Below, one piece after another: positions 16,663 to 25,321 of a stretch of 61,534 bases of DNA. The notes under the pieces are model-generated. The model worked only from the letters and a program-made list of their open reading frames with translations. It had not been told where the DNA came from and made no database searches. How positions within the stretch are numbered: the stretch's first letter is position 1; every line of letters begins with the position of its first letter. The stretch is from a virus (taxonomy: Duplodnaviria; Caudoviricetes): positions 1 to 61,534 of the IMG/VR virus record IMGVR_UViG_3300042539_001144; one strand, 5' to 3'. The translations under genes and the position numbers were made by a program.

Positions 16663-18191
16663 GCGGGCACCTTCGACAGTTCCCTCTTGATCGCCCTGAC
16701 CAGCCACTCGTTGCCGGGGCTGCGGCGCATCGTCCGCAGAATCTTCTGGAGGTCCTGCCTCGGGATGGTCCGCACGGGCTGGCCCTTGTAGGGGCCCCAC
16801 AGCATCCGGGCTTCCCGTCGCTTCGGCGTCTCGACCGTGGGCTTGCCGGTCACGTCCACCGACTCGGAGTCGAACTGCACGCCGACGCGAATCTGCGCAC
16901 GCCGCTCCTTCTCCGCGGCCATCTCTGCGAGGGCACGCTCCTTGTCGAGCCGCTCCTGCTCCCGCAGTTCGGCCTCGACCTCGGCGAGTTCGACCTCCTC
17001 GTCCTCGGATCGCTTGAGAAGTTTCTCGCGGTACTTCTCCACCTTGGCGGGCGGCAGCACCACGTCGATGGCCGAGCACACGCGATGGAACTTCGTGTTG
17101 TCTTGGTAGTCGAGGATGCGGCAGTGAGGCTTCGGCCCCTGTGCGATGGCGAGCCGACGCAGGTACTCGGTCGGCTGCCCGTCCACGACGCCCTTGCCCG
17201 GGCGGAGGGCGCGGCCCACGATCTGGAGGTAGCGCTGGAGGCTGCGAGTCGGCATCAGCAGATGCAGTTCCTCGACGGCGGAGTCCCACCCCATGGTCAG
17301 GATGGAGATGTTCGCGATGAGGCTGGCCTCGCCCGACTCGTAGCGGTGCATCTCCTCCTGCCGCTGCGTAACGCTCATCCCCGAGTGGACGAGGGCGCAC
17401 TTCACGCCGTACCGCCCCTCGATCATGTCGCGGAACGCGATGGCGTGGGCGCGGTTGTAGCAGTAGACGGCGCCGCGCTTCTTGTGGTTCGCCGCCACGA
17501 GTGCGGCGTGCTCGTGGATCAGCGCCTCGTCCTTGAGGATGCGAGTCACGTCGTCGGCGGAGAAGTCACCGAGCCCGCCACGGATGGCGCTCGTGTCCAG
17601 CCCGCGGAGCACGACTCGCTTGGCCGAGATCGGCGTGAGCCAGCCGTGTGCAATGGCTGGCACCACGCCGTACTGGACAGGGCACCTTCCGTAGTACCGC
17701 ATCGCGGGGCTGCCGTGAGGGGTTGCTGTCAAGCCACACACTACGGCGCCCCGCGAGCGGTACAGGTCGAGCAGGTCCTTGGCTGGCCCGGTGCAGCCAT
17801 AGTGGGCCTCGTCCACGATGACGAGGTCCGGCGAGAACTTCGCACCCCGGTTCCCTGTGAGCAGCGACTGGAGCGAGGCCACGACGATCGGGGCGTCCGA
17901 GCGGGCGTACTTGTCAGCCTGCTCCACCTCGACGTCTCGGAGCCTGTACTCCTCGATGCCCTTGGCGATCTGCCCGCACAGCACCACGCGAGGATCGATC
18001 ACCAACGTCCGGCGGTAACGCTCGGACAGCATGGCGGCGACCAGCGTCTTTCCTGTCCCGGTGGCGAGTTCCCCGAGTGCGATCCCGTCCGAGCACATGG
18101 CACCATGCAGCGACTCGACGGAGTACTGCTGGTAGTCACGAGGCTTCGGCCGGGGGTCGACGAACAGGGTGCGAGCAGGGTGTTGCATCAC
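16659..18191 (-). CDS. superfamily 2 DEAH helicase
   Basis: ATGTGKT, IVDEAH, GLTATP, MGWD, QIVGRALR. Confidence 0.92.
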   Translation of the reverse strand: MMQHPARTLFVDPRPKPRDYQQYSVESLHGAMCSDGIALGELATGTGKTLVAAMLSERYRRTLVIDPRVVLCGQIAKGIEEYRLRDVEVEQADKYARSDAPIVVASLQSLLTGNRGAKFSPDLVIVDEAHYGCTGPAKDLLDLYRSRGAVVCGLTATPHGSPAMRYYGRCPVQYGVVPAIAHGWLTPISAKRVVLRGLDTSAIRGGLGDFSADDVTRILKDEALIHEHAALVAANHKKRGAVYCYNRAHAIAFRDMIEGRYGVKCALVHSGMSVTQRQEEMHRYESGEASLIANISILTMGWDSAVEELHLLMPTRSLQRYLQIVGRALRPGKGVVDGQPTEYLRRLAIAQGPKPHCRILDYQDNTKFHRVCSAIDVVLPPAKVEKYREKLLKRSEDEEVELAEVEAELREQERLDKERALAEMAAEKERRAQIRVGVQFDSESVDVTGKPTVETPKRREARMLWGPYKGQPVRTIPRQDLQKILRTMRRSPGNEWLVRAIKRELSKVPA

Positions 18192-18529
18192 GCTGCCTCC
18201 GTCGCGAGGCGGCGGCGAAGCGAGGCGTACATCCGCTGGAGCCGCTCGTTCCGGTAGTTGGCGCCCACGTAGCGGGTGGCCCGCTCACTCGGGCTCCAAC
18301 TCTCCCTGATGGCTGCGGCCCGCTCTTCGATCTCCTGCGGGGTAGGGTCCGTACGGTTCGGGAGACCCCTCCTCAACGGCGGGCGGCGTGTGTTCGTGAA
18401 CTTCAGGTAGGCGTAGAGCGACGTCTTCGAGATGCCGCACGCCATCGCCGACTTCATCACCGACACGCCCGACAGGTACATCTCCACCGCCTTCGACACC
18501 TGCATCGACCTCGACCCGATCCGATCCAT
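18188..18529 (-). CDS. HTH DNA-binding protein
   Basis: GVSVMKSAMACGISKTSLY HTH; AAGGAGG RBS. Confidence 0.65.
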   Translation of the reverse strand: MDRIGSRSMQVSKAVEMYLSGVSVMKSAMACGISKTSLYAYLKFTNTRRPPLRRGLPNRTDPTPQEIEERAAAIRESWSPSERATRYVGANYRNERLQRMYASLRRRLATEAA

Positions 18530-18695
18530 GTGGAATCCCTCCTTGAAGAAACGTGCGAACAAACAGGACTGACTGGAGTGCCCTGACCTCCTCGATGAGG
18601 CGTGGCACATCGACGTTGACGATCCTCGGCAGGACTTCGAGCGACAGGTTCTCGATCCGGTACTCGATCTCCTTGATCTCGCGGCTACTGAGCAC
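18285..18695 (-). CDS. hypothetical protein (3' part overlaps the HTH gene)
   Basis: GGAGG RBS before GTG; DVPRLIEEVRAL motif. Confidence 0.45.
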   Translation of the reverse strand: MLSSREIKEIEYRIENLSLEVLPRIVNVDVPRLIEEVRALQSVLFVRTFLQGGIPHGSDRVEVDAGVEGGGDVPVGRVGDEVGDGVRHLEDVALRLPEVHEHTPPAVEEGSPEPYGPYPAGDRRAGRSHQGELEPE

Positions 18696-19359
18696 TCGCC
18701 ACCTCCTTGGGTTTCGGGAGCGGCTTCATCGCCTCCCGGTCACGACGCAGGCCCATCAGTTCGTCCTCGGTCATGCGGCCAGCAGCCGCAGACAGGGCGG
18801 CCTTCGCGAGCACCGTGTCTCGGTCCTGCTCGGTGCGCGCTGCGACGAGTGCCTGTCTGGCGAGCGAGAGGGCCGCATTGCTTTTGGCCTTCGGCCCCTC
18901 CAGACCGGCACCGTCGAGGTCGGAATCCGCGGCCACCCCGCAGAGGCAGGCCGCGTGGTTGCGGCGGAAGTACGTCGTCTCCGACAGAATCTTCTGCGGC
19001 TGCTTCTCGGTGATCACCGACATGGCGCGCTCGAACTGGCCCGACGTGTGGCGGAGCGTCGTGACCAGCAGTTGCTGGTCGCCGATCACGACCGTCTTGC
19101 TGGCGAGGTCGAGGCCGTGCTTCGAGAGGGCCGGGGTGACGGCGTCGATCACCTCGTCGAGCGTGGCGTACATCCCGTAGTTGCCCTTGGCGTTCTTCTT
19201 GACGGGGGCAAACTCCGCCCGAGCACGGCACTTCGCCGCACACAGGACGTCGGTGAACTCCGACTCCATCGATGGGTAGTACGAGGTCTGCGGCTTGAGT
19301 CGGGAGTCGCGGCGGCACACGATGCCGTCGAGGTCGGTGGGTTCAGTCTGCTCGGTCAT
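18685..19359 (-). CDS. erf: ERF-family single-strand annealing protein
   Basis: KNAKGNYGMYATLDEVI..L.KHGL, TLRHTSGQ, TYFRR...GVAADSDLDG. Confidence 0.85.
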   Translation of the reverse strand: MTEQTEPTDLDGIVCRRDSRLKPQTSYYPSMESEFTDVLCAAKCRARAEFAPVKKNAKGNYGMYATLDEVIDAVTPALSKHGLDLASKTVVIGDQQLLVTTLRHTSGQFERAMSVITEKQPQKILSETTYFRRNHAACLCGVAADSDLDGAGLEGPKAKSNAALSLARQALVAARTEQDRDTVLAKAALSAAAGRMTEDELMGLRRDREAMKPLPKPKEVASAQ

Positions 19360-20363
19360 CAGTCGATCTCCTTGAGGGACCACGCGGGGAACTTGAGTTC
19401 GTGGATGTGGCCGTACCCAGCGGGCAGCCAGTTGCCGGTCTCGCGCCGCACCTCGATCTCTTCGAGGTCGTCGGCGATCCACTGGACGCATCGCTCGACG
19501 AGCGCGTCAGGGAGATACACCACCTGCACTTCGTGCGGCGGGACTGTGGACATGGCGACGAACACCATGCCGCCGTGGCCTATGCCAGCGGCCTTGGCGA
19601 TCTCCCCGTAGAGGGCCGCCTGATAGTGGTAGCCGTGGTCGAGCACCGCCTTGTGGAAGTCATCGAGCGGACGCGGGGTGCGGCACGTCTTCCAATCGAG
19701 CACGGTGCCGAGGTGGGTGACCGCGTCGAAGCGGCAGCGGAGCAGGTGGCCGTCGTCGCGATGGTGGATCGCCGACAACTCGTGCCACGCGATCTGCTCG
19801 TACAGTTCGACGGCCTTCGAGTTCTTGAAGAACTGGTCGAGGATCGCCTCGCAGGTGGCGAGGTCGGCCGGGCTGGCGAGCGGCAGGTCCGGGTCCTGAT
19901 CGGCCGCCCACGCCTTGGCCGCCGCCGAGGAGGAGAGTCCACCGGAAGCGGTCAAGTACTCGGCCGGGATTTCCGAGAGGTGACCGCGGTATTTCCCGGG
20001 CCCGAACTCAAGGGCGGCATGAACCACCGACCCGAGTTGCAATGCCCCCGAAGAGAAGGGAGACTGGGATCGGGTGACGTAGCGCTGGTCGTACCAGACC
20101 GGGCCACGGTGCCTGAAGTCCCACAGCGGGGACTTCGAGGGGCATGGCAGCCCGTGGTAGACGCGGTTCGGGAGACCTTCGACGAGAAGTACCTGCCCGG
20201 CCGCCAATGTTTCCATGGCGGCCGGGAGGTCGGAGTCGGGGCGACACGATTCGAACGTGCGACCTCTACGTCCCGAACGTAGCGCTTCCTCGCCGCCGTC
20301 ACCGTGAAAGGTGTCGGCCATGTCTTCATCAGTCAGTTGGGTGGTTGAGTCGCTGAACGTCAT
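19359..20363 (-). CDS. RecE/ExoVIII-like PD-(D/E)XK exonuclease (start uncertain: 20363, 20321 or 20216)
   Basis: LGSVVHAALE, RCRFD...LDWKT, YHYQAALY, FVA; adjacent to ERF. Confidence 0.85.
   Translation of the reverse strand: MTFSDSTTQLTDEDMADTFHGDGGEEALRSGRRGRTFESCRPDSDLPAAMETLAAGQVLLVEGLPNRVYHGLPCPSKSPLWDFRHRGPVWYDQRYVTRSQSPFSSGALQLGSVVHAALEFGPGKYRGHLSEIPAEYLTASGGLSSSAAAKAWAADQDPDLPLASPADLATCEAILDQFFKNSKAVELYEQIAWHELSAIHHRDDGHLLRCRFDAVTHLGTVLDWKTCRTPRPLDDFHKAVLDHGYHYQAALYGEIAKAAGIGHGGMVFVAMSTVPPHEVQVVYLPDALVERCVQWIADDLEEIEVRRETGNWLPAGYGHIHELKFPAWSLKEID
20236..20285 (-). mobile_element. attP: probable attP core: 3' portion of tRNA-Pro(CGG)
   Basis: Minus strand: GCG-CTACG-TTCGGGA-CGTAG-AGGTC-GCACG-TTCGAAT-CGTGT-CGCCCCG-A (anticodon arm, T arm, acceptor 3' strand); 5' half absent; about 120 bp from the integrase start. 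Confidence 0.85.
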
Positions 20364-20406
20364 CGGTATTCTGTCTGAAAAGGACGTAGTGTACAGGGGT
20401 ACAGGT

Positions 20407-21258
20407 ATGGGGTCAATGGGTGAGGTGGCTGGGAACTACCTGCTGGGAAGAGACGTCTCGCGGGGATACGCGGCGAACATCCGGAGGACGGCGGCGAAGA
20501 TGGATGCCGCTGGGATCACCCCTGCGAACATCGATGGCACGCGCGTCAACATCTGGCTCTCCTCCATGAGAACGTCTGGTCTGTCGCCGATCAGTATACG
20601 GTCTGAGCGCCGCAGCGCAATCACAATCTGGCGGCATGGGATCGAGATCGAGGTGATCAAGAATCCCATCCGCCATGTCGTCCAGCCGAAGGTCCCTCGC
20701 AGGGTCACTCGTGCCTTCCGACGCGACGATCTTACGGGTGCTGTCAATAGGTTCAGCGATCTCAATATCTCGGCGCGTTTTCGGGGTAGCGGCTGCCCGA
20801 AGGCGCTCTGGCTCACCGCGTGGACCATGTTCGTCTACGAAACCGGGGCCCGATTCTCCGACGCCTACTCCCTCCGTGGCGAAGCACTCGTTCACGGCGG
20901 GGTTGCGTGGACAGCCAGCAAGACGGGCCTGCCCGTGATCAAGCGGCTGTCGCAGAGTACCGCGGAACGCTTGCAGCAACTGCTGGCACTCTCGCCGGAC
21001 GGCACCGTGTTCCAGTGGGCCGTGTCGAGGCGCCACGCTTTCGCCGCGATCCGCGAGGCGTACGAGGCGGCGGGCCTGAAGGGCGGCCGGACGCAATGGC
21101 TGCGGCGAAGCGGGGCGACCCACGCAGAGATGGACCGGAAGGGGGCCGCGATGGAGTATCTGGCTCACGCCACGCCCGGGCTGGCCGAGACGAACTACCT
21201 CGACTACACGCAACTCCTCGACCGGATCGCAGCGCCACGGCCGCTGGACGCAGGGTGA
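20407..21258 (+). CDS. int: tyrosine recombinase / integrase
   Basis: YETGARFSD (R), ASKTG (K), WLRRSGAT, LAH, TNY (Y). Confidence 0.85.
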   Translation: MGSMGEVAGNYLLGRDVSRGYAANIRRTAAKMDAAGITPANIDGTRVNIWLSSMRTSGLSPISIRSERRSAITIWRHGIEIEVIKNPIRHVVQPKVPRRVTRAFRRDDLTGAVNRFSDLNISARFRGSGCPKALWLTAWTMFVYETGARFSDAYSLRGEALVHGGVAWTASKTGLPVIKRLSQSTAERLQQLLALSPDGTVFQWAVSRRHAFAAIREAYEAAGLKGGRTQWLRRSGATHAEMDRKGAAMEYLAHATPGLAETNYLDYTQLLDRIAAPRPLDAG

Positions 21259-21595
21259 CGGACGCATTGACCATGTCGCGGAACGCGCTAGGATCGATGC
21301 CGTCAACTTGAACGGCATCCATCGCAGCCGAGCGGCCGAGGCGAAAGCACAGCCCAATGCGATGGCCTCCTGCTGGAAGCAGGCATGGTGAGTGCCCGTC
21401 GGTTGTACGACTGTCCGGACGGGGCGTGTGACTCTCACCCGCAGTGCAGGGTCGAACGGCCGCGACTGCGTGACCAAAACCAGCGACCGAGTAGGGTGTG
21501 TCTCCGGCTCCAGCCGACTGACATTCCCACCGACTTCCTGCCGTGCGCAGGGAGTCGGTGTGCCCCCTCACCATCCGACTGCCGATGGTGTTCGG

Positions 21596-24500
21596 CTACC
21601 CCGCCTGCTGCGGCTGCCTCTTGGTGCGGGTCGAGCGGAACCTCTTGGCCCGTCCCTCGGGAGTCTTGACCGACTTGGCCTCGGTCCGCATCTCTTTCTC
21701 GATCTGCTTCTTGCGGGCGACCAGCGCTTGGAACTCCGGCGGCAGGGTGGCGACGACCTCGTCCGGCAGCGTGGTCTTGCTGAAGGTTCGGTTGCCCGGG
21801 ACGCGAGAGATCATCTCGTCGATCACAGCGAGTTCGTCACGCCTCCGCTGGGAGTCGTCAACGAAGTTGCGCCGCACCGGCATGATCGCGTTCCATGCCG
21901 CCTGACCAGTTCGTTCGAGCGGGTCGAGCCGCGGGTCGAGTGCGGTGCCCACAAGGCCAGCCGACGGCCCGAGACCGGGCAGGCCGATGTCGAGTGCGTG
22001 CTTCGCGATGGCTGGCAGGCGGGCGTCCTTGTTGCCCGTCGCTCCGATGAGGACCTTGTCCCACTGCGTGGGCACGGCACCGATGGGTCGCTTCGTGTGC
22101 GAGTCGACGCCCGTCGCCGTCTCCGCCACGGCCTTCACGACCGGGGACATTTGCGACAGCATGTTCTGCGCGGTCGAGTTGGCGGATGCGGAGATGGAGT
22201 CGACGGCACCTGCTGCCGATGGCTTGTACGACAGCATGTTGAGGGCGCTCATGCCGGGGATGTCGACGCCGCTGAACACGGACGACATTCCCTCCGGCGC
22301 CGCTGCGAAGTTCAGCGCGTCGGGCACGCCCGCCGATCGGAGCGTGTCCTCGGCGATACCGAACGCTCCGCGCTCTCGGTAGGTCTGCGGCAGGTATGCC
22401 TCGTCGTCGTCGCCCTGCAAGCGGTCGAGACCCTTGATGACCTGCGCGTACGAGCCGCCCGGGTTGAGCATCTCTTTGGCGGCGTACTGGCCCGACCGCA
22501 GCGTGTATGCAAGGAAGGGCACGAACGTGTCGCGGAGTTGCTTCTCGTACTCGGTGAGGCTCTCGTAGTCGACGTGGACGTCCTTGAGTCTGCGGGCCGC
22601 CTCCTTCGGTGAGACGCCTTGGGCGAGCAGCGCGTTGTACCCCGACAGACGAGTGTGGGCGTCCGACCACTCTCCAGCGTCCTCGAACTTCTTGAAGATC
22701 GGGTTGTTCGTAGTGCGCCGCACGACCGCATCGGGCGCCGAGGACGTCACGCCAAGTGGGTCGGCGTAGGAGTCCTTGGCGTACTGGCCCCACGTCCTCG
22801 GCCGGTTGCCGATCGACACACCCTTGACGCCGAAGAGGTCGAGGGAGTTCTTGTCGGTGACGATGTCGGTGACGGTCTGCGCGTTGGGGATCGGCACGTT
22901 GAGCGGCGTGGACCCGGGCAGCACTTCGAGCAGCGCCTTGCCGGTGCGGTCGCCGATCTCTCGCTCGACTCCACCCATCCCCTTGAGCACACCGGCCTCG
23001 GCAAGGTCCGACAGGTACGCCTTGAGCGTGGCCTCGTCGCCGCCGACGTTGGCGTACGCTGGCATCCCCCGGATGAACCCGATGGCCCTGTCGTAGTTGC
23101 CGTCGAGCAGAGACTGCGAGTGCCACATGCTCTGGACGAGGGGCCGCGGATCGCCGACGGTGATGAAGTTGCCGATGATGCCACTGAGCCAGTCGCGCGT
23201 GATGCGGGCGGGCCGTGCAAGGGCCTGCGCCTTGAAGGCGCGGTTCATCTCGCGGATCAGATTGCCGAACGGCCCGGACTCCTTGGGGGCGGACACAAGG
23301 TTCTGTGCCTTGGTCAGCCGATCGATGAAGGACTCCGGCACGAAGTACGACGAGAGGTCCACGTCGTCGGCCCGGACCTGCCTGCCCTGCTGTTGCAACT
23401 TCTCGGCGATGGCCTCTCGCGCCCGGGCCGCAGCACCGCCCGCCAGTTGCGAGCCCGCCGTCCGCTGGGACTTGAGCCCGACTCTGGCAAGGGCGTCACG
23501 CAGCGACACAGCCTTGCCGCCCGGGTTCGCGCCCGCGGAACCGGCGACTGCCCGGCTGATCACGGAGTCCGCGAGTGCCTCGCCGGTTGCGATGGCACGC
23601 ATGCGCCCGGTGGTGTACCGCGCCACGGCCTCCGCGGGGTGGTTGCCGAACACGACCGGGTCGGCGGGGTCGAGTTGGTTGAGGAACTTGGCGATCTGTC
23701 GAGTCTGCCCCTTGGTCACCATCGGCGTCTGGAGGTCGGGGCCGAGAACCCCGACAGTGTTGCGCTGCTTCTTGGTGAGCCCCTTCGCGGCGGCGGCGCG
23801 GGCCGGGTACAGCGCCGCCTCGCTGCCCTGCACGGTGCTGTAGTACTCGCCCGTCGGGTTGTTGATGTCCGACACGAGCCAGTTGGCGACCTCGTCGTCG
23901 GTCCATCGCTGGCCCGTGGCGGGGTTGATGTCCCGGCCCCCGAGGAACTCCTTCTTCTTGGCGTAGTACCGCAGTTGGTCGATGCCGCCCGGGAGTTGCA
24001 GGAACTTCTTGCGGCGGATCATGTCCCCGGTGGACAGATCGAAGTAGCCGCCCTTGCTGGCGCCCTGCTGGAGGATCTCCCTGTCCAGCGCGGTCGTCAT
24101 CATGTACGGGCGGTATGCCGCACCGAACTTGTGCCTCAACTGGTGGGCGTTGATGCCAGCCGTCTTGCTCTTGTCGAGGAGGTCCGAGCGCATGACGCCC
24201 CACTTCTCCACGAACTCGCGAATCTTCGGGGTGTTCTCGACGAAGTCGATGTCGCGGGGCGTGGCAGCGACACCTTCGAGGTAGCGGTCGATGGCCTCGG
24301 CTGCGTCCACCCCCTTGGCGTCACTGATGCCGGTCCTCCTCGCTACGGCGTCCGGCACCTCGGCGAACTGGATGAGTTGCGCAACGTCGCCAGCCTCGCG
24401 TGCGCCTGCCGAAGCACCTGCGTTGCCTGCTGTGTTGATCTCCGTGGCTGCCGCCTGCGAGATCGGGTCGAGCGTCCCGCCCGTGAGTTTGTTGCTGACC

Positions 24501-25318
24501 TTGTGCGCAAGCCTGCCGACAGGGGACCAGCGTACGGACTCGCCGACTGCATCGAAGAAGCGAGCCGAAGCATCGCCCACAGTCGCACCAAGCGGATCAC
24601 CGACAAGACCGCCGAACCCCCACGAGCCCGAGAGGGGCGTGTCCGCGATGTCTCCATACGTCAGCCTCTTCTTGGAGAGGTAGCCCTGAAGGTGCTGCTG
24701 GAGCCGGGCTGCCTGATCGGGGTCCTTCACTCGATCGACGAGTTGCCGTAGCGTGACCTGCCTCTGCGCCGCACGCTGGCCTACGAGCGGGCGGGCCGAG
24801 TGCTCGGTGAAGTTGTCGATCGAGTCGCGGCCGAGCGCCCGGAGCGTCCGCTTCGCCCGCCCGGGCAGATCAGTCACCATCCCTCTCGCTGCCCGGTCCT
24901 GAAGTTGGCGGCTCGCCACTTCGGCAGCGTCGTCCAGCAGGCCAGCCGCCCGTGCCGCCTTGCCAGCCGGGGTCAGGGCCTTGAGCGGGCCAGCGAGGTA
25001 GGTGAGCGGGTCGGTGGCTACGCCGACGGCCGTGCCCAGCACGAACTTGCCGACGGGGTTCGAGACTCCGAAGGCTCGCTCGGCGATGTCATCCGGGCTG
25101 ACGCGCTGTGCCGCGTCGAGCGGGTTGTTCCACTGCCCATCCATCCCGTAGTCGATGGCGGACCGGACGACCGCACCGGGCGTGTCGAGATACCACAGGG
25201 CGTTGCTGACGCCGCGGAGGGTGCGGCCGACGAGCCCCGGCTGGGACGGGTCAGCCCCGGCCGCCGTGCGCTGCGCTGCGGCGCGCAGGTCGTCCGCAGT
25301 GTCGTACGCCAGACCCAT
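21596..25318 (-). CDS. large internal virion / ejection protein (putative)
   Basis: 1240 aa at the end of the late operon; ATDPLTYL and VDY..LT..E...R..VPF..Y patterns seen in podoviral internal proteins. Confidence 0.6.
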   Translation of the reverse strand: MGLAYDTADDLRAAAQRTAAGADPSQPGLVGRTLRGVSNALWYLDTPGAVVRSAIDYGMDGQWNNPLDAAQRVSPDDIAERAFGVSNPVGKFVLGTAVGVATDPLTYLAGPLKALTPAGKAARAAGLLDDAAEVASRQLQDRAARGMVTDLPGRAKRTLRALGRDSIDNFTEHSARPLVGQRAAQRQVTLRQLVDRVKDPDQAARLQQHLQGYLSKKRLTYGDIADTPLSGSWGFGGLVGDPLGATVGDASARFFDAVGESVRWSPVGRLAHKVSNKLTGGTLDPISQAAATEINTAGNAGASAGAREAGDVAQLIQFAEVPDAVARRTGISDAKGVDAAEAIDRYLEGVAATPRDIDFVENTPKIREFVEKWGVMRSDLLDKSKTAGINAHQLRHKFGAAYRPYMMTTALDREILQQGASKGGYFDLSTGDMIRRKKFLQLPGGIDQLRYYAKKKEFLGGRDINPATGQRWTDDEVANWLVSDINNPTGEYYSTVQGSEAALYPARAAAAKGLTKKQRNTVGVLGPDLQTPMVTKGQTRQIAKFLNQLDPADPVVFGNHPAEAVARYTTGRMRAIATGEALADSVISRAVAGSAGANPGGKAVSLRDALARVGLKSQRTAGSQLAGGAAARAREAIAEKLQQQGRQVRADDVDLSSYFVPESFIDRLTKAQNLVSAPKESGPFGNLIREMNRAFKAQALARPARITRDWLSGIIGNFITVGDPRPLVQSMWHSQSLLDGNYDRAIGFIRGMPAYANVGGDEATLKAYLSDLAEAGVLKGMGGVEREIGDRTGKALLEVLPGSTPLNVPIPNAQTVTDIVTDKNSLDLFGVKGVSIGNRPRTWGQYAKDSYADPLGVTSSAPDAVVRRTTNNPIFKKFEDAGEWSDAHTRLSGYNALLAQGVSPKEAARRLKDVHVDYESLTEYEKQLRDTFVPFLAYTLRSGQYAAKEMLNPGGSYAQVIKGLDRLQGDDDEAYLPQTYRERGAFGIAEDTLRSAGVPDALNFAAAPEGMSSVFSGVDIPGMSALNMLSYKPSAAGAVDSISASANSTAQNMLSQMSPVVKAVAETATGVDSHTKRPIGAVPTQWDKVLIGATGNKDARLPAIAKHALDIGLPGLGPSAGLVGTALDPRLDPLERTGQAAWNAIMPVRRNFVDDSQRRRDELAVIDEMISRVPGNRTFSKTTLPDEVVATLPPEFQALVARKKQIEKEMRTEAKSVKTPEGRAKRFRSTRTKRQPQQAG

Positions 25319-25321
25319 CGG

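Noticed and set aside
20236-20310. Complete tRNA-Pro gene
   Set aside because: No D arm or 5' acceptor strand; treated as attP
21259-21595. Gene or ncRNA between the integrase and the late operon end
   Set aside because: No convincing ORF, RBS or recognisable structure
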